Source: Bacteroidales bacterium (lineage in GTDB: Bacteria; Bacteroidota; Bacteroidia; Bacteroidales; VadinHA17). From it: a stretch of DNA of 64,000 nucleotides. The DNA lies in assembly GCA_016936435.1 (NCBI GenBank), contig JAFGXX010000075.1:6469-70468 (forward strand), given 5' to 3'. This document shows positions 1-9,700 of this stretch, piece after piece; the first letter of the stretch is position 1, and the number at the start of each line of letters is the position of its first letter. A program made the position numbers and the translations under genes. The notes under the pieces were generated by a model. That model was given only the letters and a program-made list of their open reading frames with translations, ran no database searches and was not told the origin of the DNA.

Positions 1-1
1 C

Positions 2-1849
2 GACAGCCGCTGCAAAAATTCCTATTCATGTGTGCGTGTTTGTCCGGTCAATGCCATAGAAGTAAGGCCCCATAAGGAGCACCCGACCATAGTACCCGAA
101 AGATGTGTGGGCTGCGGCCTGTGTTATGTATCCTGTTCACCGCGTGCCATAGAGTTTCGCGACTCGAAGGATGAGGTAAAGAAACTGCTTGCATCGGGAA
201 AAAAGGTTGCAGCGCTTATAGAACCTTCAATAGCTTCGGAATTCGACGATATCACAGACTACCGAAAGCTGGTTGCAATGATTCGCAAACTGGGCTTCAG
301 CTATGTGCATGAAGTGTCCTTCGGAGTAGATCTTGTAGCAGCGAAATATGCCGATCTGTTCAGCAAATCGGAAGGAAAGTACTATGTCACGGCCAATTGT
401 CCGGCAATAGTTAAGATAATCGAGAAGTATCACCCCGAAATGATACCTAATCTCGCTCCCCTGGTATCACCGATGATAGCTACAGCAATGGTTGTCAGGG
501 AAATTTACGGTGAGGATGTTCCGGTAGTACAGATCGGCCCCTGCATTGATGCCAAGGATGAAGCCCTTATGTACCGTTCGGGAAAGCTTATTGAAGGTGT
601 ACTTACATTTATTGAGCTGCGCCAGCTGTTCGAAGAATTTAAAATTCAGGAAAGACTGGTGAAGATGTCGGACTTCGACCCTCCTTTCGGAAACTGGGGA
701 GCTCTGTATCCGGTACCGGCAGGTATTATACAGGCCGGCGGACTTAAACGCGATATGATATCAAGCCGGGTCATAACAGCTTCCGGAAAGGAAGACATAC
801 TGGAAGCTATCAACGATTTCGACAAGTTTACCGACACCATAAAACATCATTTCAACCTGTTCTTTTGCCATGGCTGCCTTCTCGGTCCGGGCATGGAACA
901 ACACACCGAAAAATTCAGACGAAGGGCGCTGGTGAGCAGATACACCGAAAAAAGGATTGCGGCACTCGACCTGAAACAATGGCAGGAAGATATGGAAAAA
1001 TGGCTGCAACTTGATTTTTCCAGGACATTCACCCCCGACGACCAGCGAATCCCTGAGCCGCCCGAAGAATCTGTAAATGAAGTTCTTAAGATAATAGGCA
1101 AAGCAACCCAGTCGGAAGAGCTCGACTGCGGCGCCTGCGGATATAAATCGTGCCGCGATTTTGCTTCCACGGTAGCCAAGGGACTTGCTGTTCCGGAGAT
1201 GTGTCATACCTTCAACCTCCGCAACAAGCAGGAGTATATTGAAACTCTCAGACAGACCAACAGGAAGCTGGCTGAAACAAAAAAAGCTCTGAAGGAGTCG
1301 GAAGAAATTGCCCTCAGGGAAAAAGAGATGGCCCAAAGCGCTTCCGACATGCTCAATAACATGCTCGACAAGCTCCCGACAGGAGTGGTGATAGTTGACA
1401 ATAACCTTAAAATTCTTCATTCCAACAGAAGTTTCATAAATATTATCGGAGAAGATGCCAGGGCTATATCCGAAATTATTCCCGGACTTTCCGGAGCTGA
1501 TATCAAGACTCTCATCCCTTTCAGCGTGTATAATATGTTCACCTATGTGATGAAAGAAGATGAACCTGTTGTAAGCAAGGATATTCATTTTGAGGAGAGG
1601 ATGCTGAATATCTCCATTTTCCCCATTAAAAAGAACAGAATATGCGGAGCCGTTATACGCGATCTGTATTCACCTGAAGTCCAGGGAGAAGAGGTAATAA
1701 ACAGGGTCAGCGAAGTGATAGAAAAAAACCTTGAGATGGTTCAGAAAATAGGCTTCCTCCTTGGCGAAGGAGCCTCCGAAACAGAGCAGATGCTCAATTC
1801 CATCATCGAATCATACAGGAGAAGAAGTAACGCTAAAAACAACGGGTGA
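2..1849 (+). CDS. Sensory [FeFe]-hydrogenase-like protein (4Fe-4S ferredoxin motifs, H-cluster-type domain, C-terminal Cys4 motif, PAS); 5' end cut by window edge
   Basis: The frame stays open back to nt 2: DSRCKNSYSCVRVCP precedes the listed Met and completes an Fe-S motif. A second motif is CVGCGLCYVSCSP. H-cluster-like motifs are TANCP (nt 389-403), GPCIDAKDE (Cys at nt 542-544) and FFCHGC (nt 866-877). CGACGYKSC-x16-C follows (Cx2Cx4Cx16C). After a coiled-coil-like linker there is a PAS-like segment (LPTGVVIVDNNLKILHSNRSFINIIG). Confidence 0.75.
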   Translation, partial: DSRCKNSYSCVRVCPVNAIEVRPHKEHPTIVPERCVGCGLCYVSCSPRAIEFRDSKDEVKKLLASGKKVAALIEPSIASEFDDITDYRKLVAMIRKLGFSYVHEVSFGVDLVAAKYADLFSKSEGKYYVTANCPAIVKIIEKYHPEMIPNLAPLVSPMIATAMVVREIYGEDVPVVQIGPCIDAKDEALMYRSGKLIEGVLTFIELRQLFEEFKIQERLVKMSDFDPPFGNWGALYPVPAGIIQAGGLKRDMISSRVITASGKEDILEAINDFDKFTDTIKHHFNLFFCHGCLLGPGMEQHTEKFRRRALVSRYTEKRIAALDLKQWQEDMEKWLQLDFSRTFTPDDQRIPEPPEESVNEVLKIIGKATQSEELDCGACGYKSCRDFASTVAKGLAVPEMCHTFNLRNKQEYIETLRQTNRKLAETKKALKESEEIALREKEMAQSASDMLNNMLDKLPTGVVIVDNNLKILHSNRSFINIIGEDARAISEIIPGLSGADIKTLIPFSVYNMFTYVMKEDEPVVSKDIHFEERMLNISIFPIKKNRICGAVIRDLYSPEVQGEEVINRVSEVIEKNLEMVQKIGFLLGEGASETEQMLNSIIESYRRRSNAKNNG

Positions 1850-3042
1850 TAACTGCGGTGAACAGTGATTTCTACATAGAAGTAAACGTACAGCAGCGAA
1901 ATCATGATGCTGAAAAGATCTGCGGCGACGTTTTTCTCAACAGGTACATCAGGGAAGAGGACCGTGTGATAGCTGTGCTTTCCGACGGCATGGGACACGG
2001 TGTCAAAGCAAATATACTGGCAACTCTCACCTCGACCATGGCTCTGAATTTTACCCGCGAGCACAAGGAAATAGACCGGATCGCAGAGATAATAATGAAA
2101 ACGCTTCCTGAATGTGCCGAGAGGAAAATTGCCTATGCAACTTTTACCATTGTCGACATTGAAAGCAGGGGCAGAACCAACATCCTGGAATATGATAATC
2201 CCCCTACTATAATCCTTCGCGGTAACCGTGAATTTGATCCTTCCTGGAAAACGGTAACTCTTGAGAGCGGAAGACATGCAGGCAGGATCCTGAAAACATG
2301 CACCTTTATGCCTGAAAAAGAAGACAGGATAATCTTCTGTTCCGATGGCGTCGCTCAGAGCGGCATGGGCAGCGAAGCCTTCCCTTTCGGATGGGAAAGA
2401 GAGAATATTGTTGCCTATGCTTCCAGACTGGTTAGCGGCGAACCTTCAATATCGGCATCGATGCTTGCAGGCAAGATAGTAACCATGGCACACAAAAACG
2501 ACGGCTATAAAGCCAGGGACGACATAAGCTGTGCCATTATCTACTTCCGCGAACCACGAAAATTACTTCTCTGCACCGGCCCTCCCTATGAAAAAGAGAA
2601 AGATCTTATTCTTGCCCGGAAGGTTAAGGAATACGAGGGAAAGGTAATTCTCTGCGGCGGCACAACAGCCGACATAATCGCACGCGAGCTTAACAGGACA
2701 ATTGTAGATGAACTTATTTTCGAAGATCCCGAACTTCCTCCCGAAAGCTTTCTCGAAGGTATAGACCTTGTAACCGAAGGCATCCTTACTCTTCAGAAAG
2801 TCAACGAGATACTAAAGACCTACAACAACAGCGTGAGGCTGGGAAAGGGCCCAGCCGATAAAATCGTCAGGATGCTGATGGACAGCGACGAGATCCATTT
2901 TGTGATCGGAACCAGGATTAATATTGCCCACCAGGATCCCAACCTTCCCGTGGAACTGGAGATAAGACGGACTGTTGTGAAACGTATCGCCCGGCTTCTC
3001 GAGGATAAATGGCTTAAAAATATCACCTTCGAATACATTTAA
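1846..3042 (+). CDS. SpoIIE/PP2C-family protein phosphatase with an unrecognised C-terminal domain
   Basis: 398 aa. SpoIIE-type pattern: CGDVF...VLSDGMGHGVKANILA...FCSDGV...DDISCAII. The GTG start overlaps the upstream stop (GTGA, nt 1846-1849), which suggests translational coupling. The last ~160 aa (from LLLCTGPPYEKEKD) were not recognised. Confidence 0.8.
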   Translation: MITAVNSDFYIEVNVQQRNHDAEKICGDVFLNRYIREEDRVIAVLSDGMGHGVKANILATLTSTMALNFTREHKEIDRIAEIIMKTLPECAERKIAYATFTIVDIESRGRTNILEYDNPPTIILRGNREFDPSWKTVTLESGRHAGRILKTCTFMPEKEDRIIFCSDGVAQSGMGSEAFPFGWERENIVAYASRLVSGEPSISASMLAGKIVTMAHKNDGYKARDDISCAIIYFREPRKLLLCTGPPYEKEKDLILARKVKEYEGKVILCGGTTADIIARELNRTIVDELIFEDPELPPESFLEGIDLVTEGILTLQKVNEILKTYNNSVRLGKGPADKIVRMLMDSDEIHFVIGTRINIAHQDPNLPVELEIRRTVVKRIARLLEDKWLKNITFEYI

Positions 3043-3072
3043 GGAAGCTGAAAATAGTTATCTGAATCAATA

Positions 3073-4257
3073 ATGATATTTACGGTACTAATCCTTTTAA
3101 TTATCGACATCCTGACCTTCCTTGTTATCAGAGACCGATGGTTCAGGCGCCGGGAATCTGTATTCTGCATCATCCTGATAACACATATCATTCTGAGCCT
3201 TGCAATCTGGCTGCTCCTCGCCCGTAATCATTTCTTCAATGGCGATTTTGACACTCCTTCCAACATCCGCAACCACATGAATTTCACGGGTATGTTAATC
3301 GGGGTTGTGATTCCGAGGACCATCCTTGTTCTCTTTCATTATACAGGCAGGCTGTTCAGACTAAGAAGAGGCGGATACTCAGCAGGGCTAACTGGTACAG
3401 GGTTCATCCTCGCTGCAATTATCTTTATCGTGGTGGCAGTAAGCACGATTTCTGGCAGATTCAACTTCTCGGTTGAGAATGTCGATGTCAGGATAAAGGG
3501 GCTTGACAACCGGCTTGAAGGACTGAGGATAGTCCATATTTCAGATCTTCACCTTGCTTCATACGACAATCACAAAAAAAGACTGGAAGAGGTTGTTGCC
3601 ATTGTCAACGACTGCAAGCCCGACCTTATCATCAATACCGGCGATTTCATCAGTTACGGATGGAGGGAATATGACAGTTGTGACACCATCCTTGCCAAAG
3701 CCGTGAGCAGGTACGGAAACCTGGCTGTACTCGGTAATCACGACATGGGAACTTACTTCCCCGGGGCAAATGAATCGACAAGGGAAGAGATCGTAAAGAA
3801 GGTAAGCGATTATATCAGGGCATCGGGGTACAGGCTTATTGACAATGAAAATATCAGGTTACTTATCAACGGAGCTGAGGTGGCTTGCATTGGGGTGAGC
3901 ACAGCCGGACGTTATCCGGGGATTGTCCATTATGATATCGGAGCAGCAGCAGAAGGTACCGACAGTGCGGCTTTAAGAATGCTTCTGATCCATGATCCTA
4001 ACCAGTGGCGACGGGATGTGTGCGATAAAACAGATATTGAACTTTCCTTTGCCGGCCATACCCATGGCCTGCAGGCAGGAATAATAACAAAAAGATTCAG
4101 GTGGAGTCCGGCAAAATATATATATCCTGAATGGGGAGGGTTGTATAATGACGGCGATCAGTATCTGTATGTGAACCGTGGCCTGGGTTTTGTCGGATTT
4201 CCCTTCAGGGTGTGGATGCCCCCTGAGATAACAGTACTGACACTTTCATCAGAATAA
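3073..4257 (+). CDS. Membrane-anchored metallophosphoesterase (calcineurin-like)
   Basis: 394 aa. Several N-terminal hydrophobic helices are followed by HISDLHL, GDF, GNHD and GHTH metallophosphoesterase motifs. It starts 30 nt after the phosphatase gene on the same strand. Confidence 0.8.
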   Translation: MIFTVLILLIIDILTFLVIRDRWFRRRESVFCIILITHIILSLAIWLLLARNHFFNGDFDTPSNIRNHMNFTGMLIGVVIPRTILVLFHYTGRLFRLRRGGYSAGLTGTGFILAAIIFIVVAVSTISGRFNFSVENVDVRIKGLDNRLEGLRIVHISDLHLASYDNHKKRLEEVVAIVNDCKPDLIINTGDFISYGWREYDSCDTILAKAVSRYGNLAVLGNHDMGTYFPGANESTREEIVKKVSDYIRASGYRLIDNENIRLLINGAEVACIGVSTAGRYPGIVHYDIGAAAEGTDSAALRMLLIHDPNQWRRDVCDKTDIELSFAGHTHGLQAGIITKRFRWSPAKYIYPEWGGLYNDGDQYLYVNRGLGFVGFPFRVWMPPEITVLTLSSE

Positions 4258-4263
4258 AAAAAG

Positions 4264-4291
4264 AACGGGTGGCTACAGACTGCCACCCGTT
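4264..4291 (+). terminator. Stem-loop terminator candidate after the phosphoesterase gene
   Basis: AACGGGTGGC-(8 nt loop)-GCCACCCGTT forms a perfect 10-bp stem starting 7 nt after the stop. Only a weak T-run (GTTTC) follows. Confidence 0.55.
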
Positions 4292-4317
4292 GTTTCAACC
4301 CACATGATCTTAGAAAT

Positions 4318-4342
4318 TAACCTAAATAACCTAACTAACCTA
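4318..4342. repeat. Three perfect TAACCTA heptamers at 9-bp spacing in a 277-bp AT-rich intergenic region
   Basis: The sequence reads TAACCTA-AA-TAACCTA-AC-TAACCTA. Related TTAACCTTAA / TTAACT motifs lie about 60 nt further on. Confidence 0.6.
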
Positions 4343-4534
4343 TGCAAAGAATGTCTGTACTATACTCAGAATCGATATGGGTCCTTCTTAATTCCTTTAA
4401 CTCTTAACTTAACCTTAAAACAGCACCTTTTGATTCTATAAATACTGACAACAAAAATAACATCTTTATTCCCCATGAAAGAAGAAAAAAAGAGTTTTAA
4501 GTTTTATTTAACAGAATTTCAGAATAATTAAGAA

Positions 4535-5254
4535 ATGGAGAAGGATCTGAGCGGCGGGATCTGTCAGGATCATGACGGGATAAGGTACAGAGTTATATTC
4601 TCAGGAAGAAGGTCACTAAGCATAATCGTCAGTCCGGGAAAAGGAGTAATAGTAAGGGCCCCATATGGTACAGGCCTTAAGCCGGTGGAAAAATTTGTAA
4701 ACGCAAAATCGGAATGGATCAGAAAACATCTCGACAGACAGGATTCATTTTACAGGATCAACAAGGGCAGGAAATATGCCGATGGTGGAGTCCATTTGTA
4801 CCTGGGTGAGGAAAAGATACTGAAAGTGATAAAGTCAGATAAAATTTATGTTAAGCTGTCTGACAAACACATTGAAACCGGAGTTAGGGATCCTGAAAAT
4901 GAAGCTTTAATAAAGAGAGTCCTTGCATTGTGGTACATCAGGGAGGCACATGGTTTTATTTCATTGAAGATGAATGAGATACTCATCAGATTTGCTTCAT
5001 ATGGCTTCAGACCGACGGCTCTGGCTGTAAAGCCGCTGAAGAGCAGATGGGGAAGCTGCACATCACGGGGCAAGATAACGATAAACAGCGAGCTCATTAA
5101 GCTGGATCCTGTATACACCGGCTATGTGATAGTACATGAGCTCTGCCACCTGAAACACCATAATCACGGTGCTGAATTCTACAGACTTCTGGGTGAGATG
5201 ATCCCTGATTACAAGATTTTAAGGAAGGAGCTGAGAAGCTTCCTGACAGTTTAG
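4535..5254 (+). CDS. YgjP-like / DUF45 (M48-related) metal-dependent hydrolase
   Basis: 239 aa. The C-terminal HExxH context (VIVHELCHLKHHNHGAEFYRLL) is typical of the YgjP/SprT-like family. Confidence 0.7.
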   Translation: MEKDLSGGICQDHDGIRYRVIFSGRRSLSIIVSPGKGVIVRAPYGTGLKPVEKFVNAKSEWIRKHLDRQDSFYRINKGRKYADGGVHLYLGEEKILKVIKSDKIYVKLSDKHIETGVRDPENEALIKRVLALWYIREAHGFISLKMNEILIRFASYGFRPTALAVKPLKSRWGSCTSRGKITINSELIKLDPVYTGYVIVHELCHLKHHNHGAEFYRLLGEMIPDYKILRKELRSFLTV

Positions 5255-5270
5255 CGTAGCTGAATCCTGA

Positions 5271-6674
5271 TCAAAGTACATCATATTCCTCTCCTTTGGC
5301 AGGAATTTCAACATTTTTGTATCCTTCCTTCCGAAGTTCTCCGGCATAGAATTTCTGAACTTCATAATCGCCATGGACAAGGAACAGCTTTTCGATGCCG
5401 TTCTTTTCCTGGCAGTTCAGGAAGCTTATCATTTCACGGTAATCGGCATGACCAGAAAATGAATCTATTTTTTTTATGTCGGCCTTAACCTTATATACAT
5501 TGCCATGAATGGATACTTCGGGCGATCCTCTCAGAATCCTTGCTCCCAGTGTTTCAGGAGCACAATAACCTACTGCCAGTACTGTGTTCCTGCTTTCAGA
5601 AATACTGTTGGCAAGATGGTGTTTTACACGTCCGGCTTCCATCATACCCGAGGCTGAAATTATCACGCACGGATCCCTGTAATCGTTCAGTTTCTTCGAA
5701 TCTTCTGCCCGCTTGATGTAAAACAGGTTGCTAAAGCCAAAGAGATCATCGTCCCTGTGCAGCAAATGTCTGAATTCCTCGTTGAAATATTCGGTATGAA
5801 CGCGGAACACTGCTGTGGCGTTGACTGCGAGAGGACTGTCGACATAAACATTAACTCTTGGCAGTTTGCCCTCGTTAAAGAAGTTATTAAGGTCGTAAAT
5901 TATTTCCTGGGTACGACCGACACTGAATGCCGGGATGATAAGTTTCCCCTTTTTAGTAACACATGTGTCGATCATTATCCTCAACAATTCATCTTCGGCT
6001 GATTTCTGATCTTCATGGAGCCTGTCGCCATACGTCGATTCGGTTATTATGATATCTGCCTGAGGGAATGGTTCCGGGGGGGCCAGCATCCTGTCGCCCG
6101 GCCTCCCAATGTCTCCAGTAAAGGCTATTCTCTTGATCTGGCCGTTTTCAATGATCTGAAGGTTTATCACGCCGCTTCCCAGCATATGACCGGTACTGGT
6201 GAACCTCACCTTTATGTTTTCGTCGATTCTGAAATTCATATTATAGGGAACACCTATAAACAGGCTCATGCATGCTGCTGCATCTTCCTTTGTATAAATC
6301 GGTGTTACCAGGGGAAGACCCTTTTTAGCTCTCCGCTTGTTGTAAGTATTAGTATCATTCTCCTGTATGTAACCCGAGTCAGCAAGCATTATTGCACAAA
6401 GGTCGCGTGTTGCCGTTGTACATATAACCGAGCCCCTGAATCCCAGACGGTAAACATACGGGATAAGTCCCGAATGGTCTATATGGGCGTGTGTCAGAAT
6501 TATATGGTCGATGCTGTCAGGTTCAAACCCCAGTTCCCTGTTCATACTGTCGGTCTCAAGGCCTTTTCCCTGGAACATTCCGCAGTCGAGAAGTATCCGC
6601 TTGCCCCTGTCTGTTACTATAAGATATTTGCTGCCGGTTACCTCACGGGCAGCGCCGAGAAATTTGATCTTCAT
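5271..6674 (-). CDS. MBL-fold beta-CASP ribonuclease (RNA-metabolising metallo-beta-lactamase)
   Basis: 467 aa. N-terminus MKIKFLGAAREVTGS, HxHxDH motif (THAHIDHSG), beta-CASP region and a C-terminal GHAD motif (FSGHADYRE). Confidence 0.85.
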   Translation of the reverse strand: MKIKFLGAAREVTGSKYLIVTDRGKRILLDCGMFQGKGLETDSMNRELGFEPDSIDHIILTHAHIDHSGLIPYVYRLGFRGSVICTTATRDLCAIMLADSGYIQENDTNTYNKRRAKKGLPLVTPIYTKEDAAACMSLFIGVPYNMNFRIDENIKVRFTSTGHMLGSGVINLQIIENGQIKRIAFTGDIGRPGDRMLAPPEPFPQADIIITESTYGDRLHEDQKSAEDELLRIMIDTCVTKKGKLIIPAFSVGRTQEIIYDLNNFFNEGKLPRVNVYVDSPLAVNATAVFRVHTEYFNEEFRHLLHRDDDLFGFSNLFYIKRAEDSKKLNDYRDPCVIISASGMMEAGRVKHHLANSISESRNTVLAVGYCAPETLGARILRGSPEVSIHGNVYKVKADIKKIDSFSGHADYREMISFLNCQEKNGIEKLFLVHGDYEVQKFYAGELRKEGYKNVEIPAKGEEYDVL

Positions 6675-6756
6675 TCAACAAGAGTTTTGTTTTAAAGATA
6701 ACTTTTTTAGTGTAAACCCGGGTTACAAAGCTGATTAAAAAACGGCAGAAGCCGGT

Positions 6757-9700
6757 TTAAATTCTTATCCCTATTATTGTAACATCGTCAGTCTGATCAT
6801 TGGTTCCCATCCACCTTTCAAGCTCATTCTGAAGTATATTTCTCTGTTCAACCATAGGCCGGTAGTAAATCTCCCTTAAAAGTTTTTTCAGGTTTGCCGA
6901 CTTGTATTTTCCGCCGTCAGGTCCGCCGAACTGAGAGTTGAATCCATCAGAATAAATATAGAGAGTGTCGCCCCGGTTCACACTTATAACATTGTTGGTA
7001 AATGGTCGTTCGTCGCCATAATGGATTCCGATAGGCATCCTGTCGGCCCTGAACTCCCTCATTTCCCCCTGCTGGAAGATCACCAGCGGGTTAAAAGCTC
7101 CTGAATACTGAAGCAGCCTTCTGTTTTTATTCAGGATACAGAATGCCACATCCATACCGTCGCTGGCCTCCCCTTCCCTTCCGGTCTGATGTAAAGCCCT
7201 TATAACTTTCTCTCTGAGCAGGTTAAGTACGGTGTTAGCCTGCAGGTCGTGATTGTTCGCCACTATTTCGTTCAGTGTTGAAATTCCCATGGTGCTCATG
7301 AAAGCACCCGGCACGCCATGACCGGTACAGTCGGCAACGGTAAAGAAGATCGACTTATCGTCTTCACTTATCCAGTAAAAGTCGCCGCTCACGATATCGC
7401 GTGGCCGGAAGAAAATGAAATAATCGGAGAAAGAATCCCTGAAATGCTCATCTACATGAAGCATTGCCTTCTGTATCCTTCCGGCATACTCAATACTTGA
7501 TGTTATCTCCCCTTTCTGGGCTTCTATCTGGGCTGTCCTCTCCCGTACCCTTTGTTCAAGAAGACGTGTTTTTGCATGCAGCTGTCTCTCCCTGAACCTT
7601 ATGATAAACACAATAAACGACAGAGCCATTATCCCTGTAATAATGTAAAAAACTGCCGTTCGCGTAAGAGGTGCCTTGATGGTAAACCTCAGCGACCTTC
7701 GTTCACTGATGTTACCCCAGAGGTCGCGGGCCCGTACCTGCAGGATATAATCACCCGGCCGGCCTATAGGAACCTCATAATGCGTTCGAGCGGACCATTC
7801 CGACCAGTCGGGCATCACCTTATAAATGAAATACTGATATTTTGTCGTTCCGTTCTTCAGGTACCCGGGAGCAACGATGTCGAAATAAATAATATTGTCT
7901 CCCCTGTCGAACTGAACATTCTGAAGATCAAAATTTGTACCTCTGGCGTTGCTTATATTTTTTATGAGAACATTTATTTCAGGACTTGTTCCCGTCACCA
8001 TTTTTCTTCTGATACCATAAAGCCTGTTGCTCCCGTCGATGACCCATATATGATTATCTTCGACCATGATCGAAACAATATCATCAAAGATCTTCAGAAG
8101 GGAGAGTTCCAGTGATCTTATATTATGCCGGGGGTCGAGAGATATCCACTCATCGCCTTTCCATATAAGGTTTACATTTGACACCGGGATATAAAATGCA
8201 CTCTCCCTGAAGGCATTACCGCCACCCTGCCTGCATGGATTAAAGCTGTCAGCCTCATAATCAAAGAAATAAATTTCCGATTCGGTGAACAGGAATAGAG
8301 TATCGTTAATAAGGTCGAGAGTAAATCTTTCAGGATAATCATTTTCGATATTATATTTTTTATAATTTCCCAAAGCTTCTTCATTACCAGCCTCCGACCT
8401 GTATACGGTATTGTCGCTGCCTATCCATAGAGAACCCTTGTTGTCGGCAGTGACTGAATATACCGGATGCAAAAAACCGTCATCGGGGAATTCTGTTCTC
8501 CATCCCCTGTTTTTCTGGACTATGGAAAAATAACCATCACTGGTTGAAATGTAATATCTGTCGCCGTAGGCATTCCAGCTAATATTGTTTATGTATCTGT
8601 TGGGGGTAAGCAGGTAAGCCTTATGCTGTCTGATGACATAAAGGCCTTTATTGGTTGCAGCCAGCATGCCTCCCGGTATTGAAACCAGCTGGCGGCATTT
8701 TTCATTAAGACCTTCCACTTTCCGGTAAACGTGATTGATCTCCCGTAGCCGGCTGATCGTTCTTGTAGTAAAACTCGCTGATGGTGAAGCAGATATATTT
8801 TGACGCGACTCCTGTTCCTTTTCGTCAGCATTGGCGATTTCCGTTCCCGTTTCATCTTCATCCTCAGCACGCTTTCCGAATATTCTTGTTATTATATTTC
8901 TTCTGGTATCCTGTTTTCCCATATCGGGATCAGGGGCAATGAGGTCCCGTTCTTCCTCCTGCTTCAGCTCAAACTGCCGGTCCTCTCGCTGCGAAGCATC
9001 ATCCCTTACCAGCACTTCTATCCTGTCGTAGCTTCTGACCTCCGACAGGTAGAAAACTCCCTCGCTTGTCGCCACATACAATTCATTGTCGTACATCATG
9101 GCTGAAGTAAGATTACCCAGCAGGCCGGGATAGATGCAATAACTGCGAACGGGAATGCTGAGGTCGGCACGTGTCAGTCCGTACTGGTGCGAAAGCCACA
9201 GACCTCCGCTGTTGTCAGATCCTATAGCCAGTATCTCATCGTCGGGTAAACCATTCTGGTTGTTTATTGTAAATAGTACCTCGCCTGTTTTCTTTCTGAC
9301 AATGATAACACCTCCCTCGAGGGTGGAGAAAGCATAAGCTGTATCGGCAAGGCTGATTCCCTCCGAAAGAATATTTTCTTTCAGATAACCGTCGTCTTTA
9401 AGCGGATAGTCATAATATTTCATCCCGTCGAAAAGCGAGAGGGTGCCGTTTCCCAGGCCTAAAAGCATGAGATTTGAATTATAGGGAAGTGAAAAAAGGA
9501 TGCTGGTATTCTCGGTAAGGTAACCTGTCACTATAGGGAAGAGGGTGTCACTCTCGATACGGTGCAGACCTTTACCCGAAACATTAACGTAGGTGTTTTC
9601 AGGCATTACAATGAGTCCGGTAAAAGAATTGCCTTCCCTGGAATCGAGACGCAGCCGGGTGGTATCTGCTTCAGTATCATATTCTATTATTGTCTTTTCA

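Noticed and set aside
761-1588. 275-aa minus-strand ORF, plus other ORFs at 227-433, 646-840, 847-1179 and 1204-1401, all antisense to the hydrogenase-like gene
   Set aside because: They lie entirely inside a CDS with strong motif support on the other strand. Their translations are low-complexity with no recognisable domain. These are typical shadow ORFs.
6015-6695. 226-aa plus-strand ORF antisense to the beta-CASP RNase gene
   Set aside because: It is a shadow ORF. The opposite strand carries clear HxHxDH and beta-CASP motifs, and this translation is Cys/Arg-rich nonsense.
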